Below, in pieces: positions 52,901-64,000 of a DNA stretch of 64,000 bases. The stretch comes from Auanema rhodensis. Lineage: Eukaryota > Animalia > Nematoda. The stretch spans positions 62,001 through 126,000 of the forward strand of contig CAXKVF010000079.1 in the NCBI GenBank assembly GCA_964057225.1, in the 5' to 3' direction. The first letter of the stretch is position 1; the number at the start of each line of letters is the position of its first letter. Made by a program: the position numbers and the translations under genes. The notes under the pieces are model-generated. The model had not been told where the DNA came from, did not search any database, and was given only the letters and a program-made list of their open reading frames with translations.

Positions 52901-55900
52901 TTGGTATGTAACTCGCTTCACGTGAAAGATAAAGAGATGCGGTTTTCAAAATTAGATTCCCCATGTCCATATTAGTCTAAAAACAAATTTTTATTGATAT
53001 TGGTGCATGGTAACCATGACTTTGAAATTTACGTGAACTTTAATTTATGCTAATTAAATGTACACGTGATGTGCACTTGGTATGTAACTCGCTTCACGTG
53101 AAAGATAAAGAGATGCGGTTTTCAAAATTAGATTCCTTATGTCCATATTAGTCCAAAAACAAATTTTTATTGATATTGGTTCATGGTAACCATGACTTTG
53201 AAATTTACGTGAACTTTAATTTATGCTAATTAAATGTACACGTGATGTGCACTTGGTATGTAACTCGCTTCACGTGAAAGATAAAGAGATGCGGTTCTCA
53301 AAATTAGATTCCCCATGTCCATATTAGTCCAAAAACAAATTTTTATTGATATTGGTTCATGGTAACCATGTCTTTGAAATTTACGTGAACTTTAATTTAT
53401 GCTAATTAAATGTACACGTGATGTGCACTTGGTATGTAACTCGCTTCACGTGAAAGATAAAGAGATGAGGTTTTCAAAATTAGATTCCCCATGTCCATAT
53501 TAGTCTAAAAACAAATTTTTATTGATATTGGTGCATGGTAACCATGACTTTGAAATTTACGTGAACTTTAATTTATGCTAATTAAATGTACACGTGATGT
53601 GCACTTGGTATGTAACTCGCTTCACGTGAAAGATAAAGAGATGCGGTTTACAAAATTAGATTCCCCATGTCCATATTAGTCTAAAAACAAATTTTTATTG
53701 ATATTGGTTCATGGTAACCATGACTTTGAAATTTACGTGAACTTTAATTTATGCTGATTAAATGTACACGTGATGTGCACTTGGTATGTAACTCGCTTCA
53801 CGTGAAAGATAAAGAGATGCGGTTTTCAAAATTAGATTCCCCATGTCCATATTAGGCTAAAAACAAACTTTTATTGATATTGGTTCATGGTAACCATGAC
53901 TTTGAAATTTACGTGAACTTTAATTTATGCTGATTAAATGTACACGTGATGTGCACTTGGTATGTAACTCGCTTCACGTGAAAGATAAAGAGATGCGGTT
54001 TTCAAAATTAGATTCCCCATGTCCATATTAGTCTAAAAACAACTTTTTATTGATATTGGTGCATGGTAACCTTGACTTTGAAATTTACGTGAACTTTAAT
54101 TCATGCTAATTAAATGTACACGTGATGTGCACTTGGTATGTAACTCGCTTCACGTGAAAGATAAAGAGATGCGGTTTTCAAAATTAGATTCCCCATGTCT
54201 ATATTAGTCTAAACACAAATTTTTATTGATATTGGTTCATGGTAACCATGACTTTGAAATTTACGTGAACTTTAATTTATGCTAATTAAATGTACACGTG
54301 ATGTGCACTTGGTATGTAACTCGCTTCACGTGAAAGATAAAGAGATGAGGTTTTCAAAATTAGATTCCCCATGTCCATATTAGTCTAAAAACAAATTTTT
54401 ATTGATATTGGTTCATGGTAACCATGACTTTGAAATTTACGTGAACTTTAATTTATGCTGATTAAATGTACACGTGATGTGCACTTGGTATGTAACTCGC
54501 TTCACGTGAAAGATAAAGAGATGCGGTTTTCAAAATTAGATTCCCCATGTCCATATTAGTCTAAAAACAACTTTTTATTGATATTGGTGCATGGTAACCT
54601 TGACTTTGAAATTTACGTGAACTTTAATTCATGCTAATTAAATGTACACGTGATGTGCACTTGGTATGTAACTCGCTTCACGTGAAAGATAAAGAGATGC
54701 GGTTTTCAAAATTAGATTCCCCATGTCCATATTAGTCTAAACACAAATTTTTATTGATATTGGTTCATGGTAACCATGACTTTGAAATTTACGTGAACTT
54801 TAATTTATGCTAATTAAATGTACACGTGATGTGCACTTGGTATGTAACTCGCTTCACGTGAAAGATAAAGAGATGCGGTTTTCAAAATTAGATTCCCCAT
54901 GTCCATATTAGTCTAAAAACAAATTTTTATTGATATTGGTGCATGGTAACCATGACTTTGAAATTTACGTGAACTTTAATTCATGCTAATTAAATGTACA
55001 CGTGATGTGCACTTGGTATGTAACTCGCTTCACGTAAAAGATAAAGAGATGCGGTTTTCAAAATTAGATTCCCCATGTCCATATTAGTCTAAAAACAAAT
55101 TTTTATTGATATTGGTTCGTGGTAACCATGTCTTTGAAATTTACGTGAACTTTAATTTATGCTAATTAAATGTACACGTGATGTGCACTTGGTATGTAAC
55201 TCGCTTCACGTGAAAGATAAAGAGATGCGGTTTTCAAAATTAGATTCCCCATGTCCATATTAGTCTAAAAACAAATTTTTATTGATATTGGTGCATGGTA
55301 ACCATGACTTTGAAATTTACGTGAACTTTAATTTATGCTAATTAAATGTACACGTGATGTGCACTTGGTATGTAACTCGCTTCACGTGAAAGATAAAGAG
55401 ATGCGGTTTACAAAATTAGATTCCCCATGTCCATATTAGTCTAAAAACAAATTTTTATTGATATTGGTTCATGGTAACCATGACTTTGAAATTTACGTGA
55501 ACTTTAATTTATGCTGATTAAATGTACACGTGATGTGCACTTGGTATGTAACTCGCTTCACGTGAAAGATAAAGAGATGCGGTTTTCAAAATTAGATTCC
55601 CCATGTCCATATTAGTCTAAAAACAAATTTTTATTGATATTGGTGCATGGTAACCTTGACTTTGAAATTTACGTGAACTTTAATTCATGCTAATTAAATG
55701 TACACGTGATGTGCACTTGGTATGTAACTCGCTTCACGTGAAAGATAAAGAGATGCGGTTTTCAAAATTAGATTCCCCATGTCCATATTAGTCTAAAAAC
55801 AAATTTTTATTGATATTGGTTCATGGTAACCATGACTTTGAAATTTACGTGAACTTTAATTTATGCTAATTAAATGTACACGTGATGTGCACTTGGTATG

Positions 55901-58900
55901 TAACTCGCTTCACGTGAAAGATAAAGAGATGCGGTTTTCAAAATTAGTTTCCCCATGTCCATATTAGTCTAAAAACAAATTTTTATTGATATTGGTGCAT
56001 GGTAACCATGACTTTGAAATTTACGTGAACTTTAATTCATGCTAATTAAATGTACACGTGATGTGCACTTGGTATGTAACTCGTTTCACGTAAAAGATAA
56101 AGAGATGCGGTTTTCAAAATTAGATTCCCCATGTCCATATTAGTCTAAAAACAAATTTTTATTGATATTGGTGCATGGTAACCATGACTTTGAAATTTAC
56201 GTGAACTTTAGTTTATGCTAATTAAATGTAAACGTGGTGTGCACTTGGTATGTAACTCGCTTCACGTGAAAGATAAAGAGATGCGGTTTTCAAAATTAGA
56301 TTCCCCATGTCCATATTAGTCTAAAAACAAATTTTTATTGATATTGGTGCATGGTAACCATGACTTTGAAATTTACGTGAACTTTAATTTATGCTAATTA
56401 AATGTACACGTGATGTGCACTTGGTATGTAACTCGCTTCACGTAAAAGATAAAGAGATGCGGTTTTCAAAATTAGATTCCCCATGTCCATATTAGTCTAA
56501 AAACAAATTTTTATTGATATTGGTTCGTGGTAACCATGTCTTTGAAATTTACGTGAACTTTAATTTATGCTAATTAAATGTACACGTGATGTGCACTTGG
56601 TATGTAACTCGCTTCACGTAAAAGATAAAGAGATGCGGTTTTCAAAATTAGATTCCCCATGTCCATATTAGTCTAAAAACAAATTTTTATTGATATTGGT
56701 TCGTGGTAACCATGTCTTTGAAATTTACGTGAACTTTAATTTATGCTAATTAAATGTACACGTGATGTGCACTTGGTATGTAACTCGCTTCACGTGAAAG
56801 ATAAAGAGATGCGGTTTTCAAAATTAGATTCCCCATGTCCATATTAGTCTAAAAACAAATTTTTATTGATATTGGTGCATGGTAACCATGACTTTGAAAT
56901 TTACGTGAACTTTAATTTATGCTAATTAAATGTACACGTGATGTGCACTTGGTATGTAACTCGCTTCACGTGAAAGATAAAGAGATGCGGTTTTCAAAAT
57001 TAGATTCCCCATGTCCATATTAGTCTAAAAACAAATTTTTATTGATATTGGTTCATGGTAACCATGACTTTGAAATTTACGTGAACTTTAATTTATGCTG
57101 ATTAAATGTACACGTGATGTGCACTTGGTATGTAACTCGCTTCACGTGAAAGATAAAGAGATGCGGTTTTCAAAATTAGATTCCCCATGTCCATATTAGT
57201 CTAAAAACAAATTTTTATTGATATTGGTGCATGGTAACCTTGACTTTGAAATTTACGTGAACTTTAATTCATGCTAATTAAATGTACACGTGATGTGCAC
57301 TTGGTATGTAACTCGCTTCACGTGAAAGATAAAGAGATGCGGTTTTCAAAATTAGATTCCCCATGTCCATATTAGTCTAAAAACAAATTTTTATTGATAT
57401 TGGTTCATGGTAACCATGACTTTGAAATTTACGTGAACTTTAATTTATGCTAATTAAATGTACACGTGATGTGCACTTGGTATGTAACTCGCTTCACGTG
57501 AAAGATAAAGAGATGCGGTTTTCAAAATTAGATTCCCCATGTCCATATTAGTCTAAAAACAAATTTTTATTGATATTGGTGCATGGTAACCATGACTTTG
57601 AAATTTACGTGAACTTTAATTCATGCTAATTAAATGTACACGTGATGTGCACTTGGTATGTAACTCGTTTCACGTAAAAGATAAAGAGATGCGGTTTTCA
57701 AAATTAGATTCCCCATGTCCATATTAGTCTAAAAACAAATTTTTATTGATATTGGTGCATGGTAACCATGACTTTGAAATTTACGTGAACTTTAATTCAT
57801 GCTAATTAAATGTACACGTGGTGTGCACTTGGTATGTAACTCGCTTCACGTGAAAGATAAAGAGATGCGGTTTTCAAAATTAGATTCCCCATGTCCATAT
57901 TAGTCTAAAAACAAATTTTTATTGATATTGGTGCATGGTAACCATGACTTTGAAATTTACGTGAACTTTAATTCATGCTAATTAAATGTACACGTGGTGT
58001 GCACTTGGTATGTAACTCGCTTCACGTGAAAGATAAAGAGATGCGGTTTTCAAAATTAGATTCCCCATGTCCATATTAGTCTAAAAACAAATTTTTATTG
58101 ATATTGGTTCATGGTAACCATGACTTTGAAATTTACGTGAACTTTAATTCATGCTAATTAAATGTACACGTGATGTGCACTTGGTATGTAACTCGTTTCA
58201 CGTAAAAGATAAAGAGATGCGGTTTTCAAAATTAGATTCCCCATGTCCATATTAGTCTAAAAACAAATTTTTATTGATATTGGTTCGTGGTAACCATGTC
58301 TTTGAAATTTACGTGAACTTTAATTTATGCTAATTAAATGTACACGTGATGTGCACTTGGTATGTAACTCGCTTCACGTGAAAGATAAAGAGATGCGGTT
58401 TTCAAAATTAGATTCCCCATGTCCATATTAGTCTAAAAACAAATTTTTATTGATATTGGTGCATGGTAACCATGACTTTGAAATTTACGTGAACTTTAAT
58501 TTATGCTAATTAAATGTACACGTGATGTGCACTTGGTATGTAACTCGCTTCACGTGAAAGATAAAGAGATGCGGTTTTCAAAATTAGATTCCCCATGTCC
58601 ATATTAGTCTAAAAACAAATTTTTATTGATATTGGTTCATGGTAACCATGACTTTGAAATTTACGTGAACTTTAATTTATGCTGATTAAATGTACACGTG
58701 ATGTGCACTTGGTATGTAACTCGCTTCACGTGAAAGATAAAGAGATGCGGTTTTCAAAATTAGATTCCCCATGTCCATATTAGTCTAAAAACAAATTTTT
58801 ATTGATATTGGTGCATGGTAACCTTGACTTTGAAATTTACGTGAACTTTAATTCATGCTAATTAAATGTACACGTGATGTGCACTTGGTATGTAACTCGC

Positions 58901-61900
58901 TTCACGTGAAAGATAAAGAGATGCGGTTTTCAAAATTAGATTCCCCATGTCCATATTAGTCTAAAAACAAATTTTTATTGATATTGGTTCATGGTAACCA
59001 TGACTTTGAAATTTACGTGAACTTTAATTTATGCTAATTAAATGTACACGTGATGTGCACTTGGTATGTAACTCGCTTCACGTGAAAGATAAAGAGATGC
59101 GGTTTTCAAAATTAGTTTCCCCATGTCCATATTAGTCTAAAAACAAATTTTTATTGATATTGGTGCATGGTAACCATGACTTTGAAATTTACGTGAACTT
59201 TAATTCATGCTAATTAAATGTACACGTGATGTGCACTTGGTATGTAACTCGTTTCACGTAAAAGATAAAGAGATGCGGTTTTCAAAATTAGATTCCCCAT
59301 GTCCATATTAGTCTAAAAACAAATTTTTATTGATATTGGTGCATGGTAACCATGACTTTGAAATTTACGTGAACTTTAGTTTATGCTAATTAAATGTACA
59401 CGTGGTGTGCACTTGGTATGTAACTCGCTTCACGTGAAAGATAAAGAGATGCGGTTTTCAAAATTAGATTCCCCATGTCCATATTAGTCTAAAAACAAAT
59501 TTTTATTGATATTGGTGCATGGTAACCATGACTTTGAAATTTACGTGAACTTTAATTTATGCTAATTAAATGTACACGTGATGTGCACTTGGTATGTAAC
59601 TCGCTTCACGTAAAAGATAAAGAGATGCGGTTTTCAAAATTAGATTCCCCATGTCCATATTAGTCTAAAAACAAATTTTTATTGATATTGGTTCGTGGTA
59701 ACCATGTCTTTGAAATTTACGTGAACTTTAATTTATGCTAATTAAATGTACACGTGATGTGCACTTGGTATGTAACTCGCTTCACGTAAAAGATAAAGAG
59801 ATGCGGTTTTCAAAATTAGATTCCCCATGTCCATATTAGTCTAAAAACAAATTTTTATTGATATTGGTTCGTGGTAACCATGTCTTTGAAATTTACGTGA
59901 ACTTTAATTTATGCTAATTAAATGTACACGTGATGTGCACTTGGTATGTAACTCGCTTCACGTGAAAGATAAAGAGATGCGGTTTTCAAAATTAGATTCC
60001 CCATGTCCATATTAGTCTAAAAACAAATTTTTATTGATATTGGTGCATGGTAACCATGACTTTGAAATTTACGTGAACTTTAATTTATGCTAATTAAATG
60101 TACACGTGATGTGCACTTGGTATGTAACTCGCTTCACGTGAAAGATAAAGAGATGCGGTTTTCAAAATTAGATTCCCCATGTCCATATTAGTCTAAAAAC
60201 AAATTTTTATTGATATTGGTTCATGGTAACCATGACTTTGAAATTTACGTGAACTTTAATTTATGCTGATTAAATGTACACGTGATGTGCACTTGGTATG
60301 TAACTCGCTTCACGTGAAAGATAAAGAGATGCGGTTTTCAAAATTAGATTCCCCATGTCCATATTAGTCTAAAAACAAATTTTTATTGATATTGGTGCAT
60401 GGTAACCTTGACTTTGAAATTTACGTGAACTTTAATTCATGCTAATTAAATGTACACGTGATGTGCACTTGGTATGTAACTCGCTTCACGTGAAAGATAA
60501 AGAGATGCGGTTTTCAAAATTAGATTCCCCATGTCCATATTAGTCTAAAAACAAATTTTTATTGATATTGGTTCATGGTAACCATGACTTTGAAATTTAC
60601 GTGAACTTTAATTTATGCTAATTAAATGTACACGTGATGTGCACTTGGTATGTAACTCGCTTCACGTGAAAGATAAAGAGATGCGGTTTTCAAAATTAGA
60701 TTCCCCATGTCCATATTAGTCTAAAAACAAATTTTTATTGATATTGGTGCATGGTAACCATGACTTTGAAATTTACGTGAACTTTAATTCATGCTAATTA
60801 AATGTACACGTGATGTGCACTTGGTATGTAACTCGTTTCACGTAAAAGATAAAGAGATGCGGTTTTCAAAATTAGATTCCCCATGTCCATATTAGTCTAA
60901 AAACAAATTTTTATTGATATTGGTGCATGGTAACCATGACTTTGAAATTTACGTGAACTTTAATTCATGCTAATTAAATGTACACGTGGTGTGCACTTGG
61001 TATGTAACTCGCTTCACGTGAAAGATAAAGAGATGCGGTTTTCAAAATTAGATTCCCCATGTCCATATTAGTCTAAAAACAAATTTTTATTGATATTGGT
61101 TCATGGTAACCATGACTTTGAAATTTACGTGAACTTTAATTTATGCTAATTAAATGTACACGTGATGTGCACTTGGTATGTAACTCGCTTCACGTGAAAG
61201 ATAAAGAGATGCGGTTTTCAAAATTAGATTCCTTATGTCCATATTAGTCCAAAAACAAATTTTTATTGATATTGGTTCATGGTAACCATGACTTTGAAAT
61301 TTACGTGAACTTTAATTTATGCTAATTAAATGTACACGTGATGTGCACTTGGTATGTAACTCGCTTCACGTGAAAGATAAAGAGATGCGGTTTTCAAAAT
61401 TAGATTCCCCATGTCCATATTAGTCTAAAAACAAATTTTTATTGATATTGGTTCATGGTAACCATGTCTTTGAAATTTACGTGAACTTTAATTTATGCTA
61501 ATTAAATGTACACGTGATGTGCACTTGGTATGTAACTCGCTTCACGTGAAAGATAAAGACATGAGGTTTTCAAAATTAGATTCCCCATGTCCATATTAGT
61601 CTAAAAACAAATTTTTATTGATATTGGTGCATGGTAACCATGACTTTGAAATTTACGTGAACTTTAATTTATGCTAATTAAATGTACACGTGATGTGCAC
61701 TTGGTATGTAACTCGCTTCACGTGAAAGATAAAGAGATGCGGTTTTCAAAATTAGATTCCCCATGTCCATATTAGTCTAAAAACAAATTTTTATTGATAT
61801 TGGTTCATGGTAACCATGACTTTGAAATTTACGTGAACTTTAATTTATGCTAATTAAATATACACGTGATGTGCACTTGGTATGTAACTCGCTTCACGTG

Positions 61901-64000
61901 AAAGATAAAGAGATGCGGTTTACAAAATTAGATTCCCCATGTCCATATTAGTCTAAAAACAAATTTTTATTGATATTGGTGCATGGTAACCTTGACTTTG
62001 AAATTTACGTGAACTTTAATTCATGCTAATTAAATGTACACGTGATGTGCACTTGGTATGTAACTCGCTTCACGTGAAAGATAAAGAGATGCGGTTTTCA
62101 AAATTAGATTCCCCATGTCCATATTAGTCTAAAAACAAATTTTTATTGATATTGGTTCATGGTAACCATGACTTTGAAATTTACGTGAACTTTAATTTAT
62201 GCTAATTAAATGTACACGTGATGTGCACTTGGTATGTAACTCGCTTCACGTGAAAGATAAAGAGATGCGGTTTTCAAAATTAGATTCCCCATGTCCATAT
62301 TAGTCTAAAAACAAATTTTTATTGATATTGGTTCATGGTAACCATGACTTTGAAATTTACGTGAACTTTAATTTATGCTAATTAAATATACACGTGATGT
62401 GCACTTGGTATGTAACTCGCTTCACGTGAAAGATAAAGAGATGCGGTTTACAAAATTAGATTCCCCATGTCCATATTAGTCTAAAAACAAATTTTTATTG
62501 ATATTGGTGCATGGTAACCTTGACTTTGAAATTTACGTGAACTTTAATTCATGCTAATTAAATGTACACGTGATGTGCACTTGGTATGTAACTCGCTTCA
62601 CGTGAAAGATAAAGAGATGCGGTTTTCAAAATTAGATTCCCCATGTCCATATTAGTCTAAAAACAAATTTTTATTGATATTGGTTCATGGTAACCATGAC
62701 TTTGAAATTTACGTGAACTTTAATTTATGCTAATTAAATGTACACGTGATGTGCACTTGGTATGTAACTCGCTTCACGTGAAAGATAAAGAGATGCGGTT
62801 TTCAAAATTAGATTCCCCATGTCCATATTAGTCTAAAAACAAATTTTTATTGATATTGGTGCATGGTAACCATGACTTTGAAATTTACGTGAACTTTAAT
62901 TCATGCTAATTAAATGTACACGTGATGTGCACTTGGTATGTAACTCGCTTCACGTAAAAGATAAAGAGATGCGGTTTTCAAAATTAGATTCCCCATGTCC
63001 ATATTAGTCTAAAAACAAATTTTTATTGATATTGGTGCATGGTAACCATGACTTTGAAATTTACGTGAACTTTAATTCATGCTAATTAAATGTACACGTG
63101 ATGTGCACTTGGTATGTAACTCGCTTCACGTGAAAGATAAAGAGTTGCGGTTTTCAAAATTATATTCCCCATGTCCATATTAGTCTAAAAACAAATTTTT
63201 ATTGATATTGGTTCATGGTAACCATATCTTTGAAATTTACGTGAACTTTAATTTATGCTAATTAAATGTACACGTGATGTGCACTTGGTATGTAACTCGC
63301 TTCATGTGAAAGATAAAGAGATGCGGTTTTCAAAATTAGATTCCCCATGTCCATATTAGTCTAAAAACAAATTTTTATTGATATTGGTGCATGGTAACCA
63401 TGACTTTGAAATTTACGTGAACTTTAATTTATGCTAATTAAATGTACACGTGATGTGCACTTGGTATGTAACTCGCTTCACGTGAAAGATAAAGAGATGC
63501 GGTTTTCAAAATTAGATTCCCCATGTCCATATTAGTCTAAAAACAAATTTTTATTGATATTGGTTCATGGTAACCATGACTTTGAAATTTACGTGAACTT
63601 TAATTTATGTTAATTAAATGTACACGTGATGTGCACTTGGTATGTAACTCGCTTCACGTGAAAGATAAAGAGATGCGGTTTTCAAAATTAGATTCCCCAT
63701 GTCCATATTAGTCTAAAAACAAATTTTTATTGATATTGGTGCATGGTAACCATGACTTTGAAATTTACGTGAACTTTAATTCATGCTAATTAAATGTACA
63801 CGTGATGTGCACTTGGTATGTAACTCGCTTCACGTAAAAGATAAAGAGATGCGGTTTTCAAAATTAGATTCCCCATGTCCATATTAGTCTAAAAACAAAT
63901 TTTTATTGATATTGGTGCATGGTAACCATGACTTTGAAATTTACGTGAACTTTAATTCATGCTAATTAAATGTACACGTGATGTGCACTTGGTATGTAAC
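19955..64000. repeat. 176-bp tandem satellite array, right arm (~250 monomers, continues beyond window end)
   Basis: Same monomer and orientation as the left arm. Two monomers are 175 bp (1-bp deletions at ~28570 and ~31561). Confidence 0.99.

Overview
The window is almost entirely one head-to-tail satellite DNA array: a 176-bp monomer, about 32% GC, roughly 336 copies, very homogeneous, running off both window edges. It is interrupted once (15078-19954) by an apparently full-length, young ~4.9-kb non-LTR retrotransposon of the CR1/L2/Jockey group, most like CR1, with ORF1 and an APE endonuclease + reverse transcriptase ORF2. The element has several notable features: 11 tandem 19/20-bp C-rich repeats at its 5' end, each containing TCAGTT; a 33-34-bp target-site duplication of satellite sequence; no poly(A) or microsatellite tail; a 6-bp duplication inside an RT motif; and a +1 frameshift that separates the conserved ORF2 C-terminus. 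The satellite monomer is palindrome-rich and carries three ACGTGA/E-box motifs spaced 32-33 bp apart. Shared variants reveal local block duplications with spacings of 5-27 monomers and distinct variant zones. The overall picture fits eukaryotic (probably invertebrate animal) centromeric or heterochromatic satellite with a recent LINE insertion. Host and centromere identity cannot be established from this window alone.
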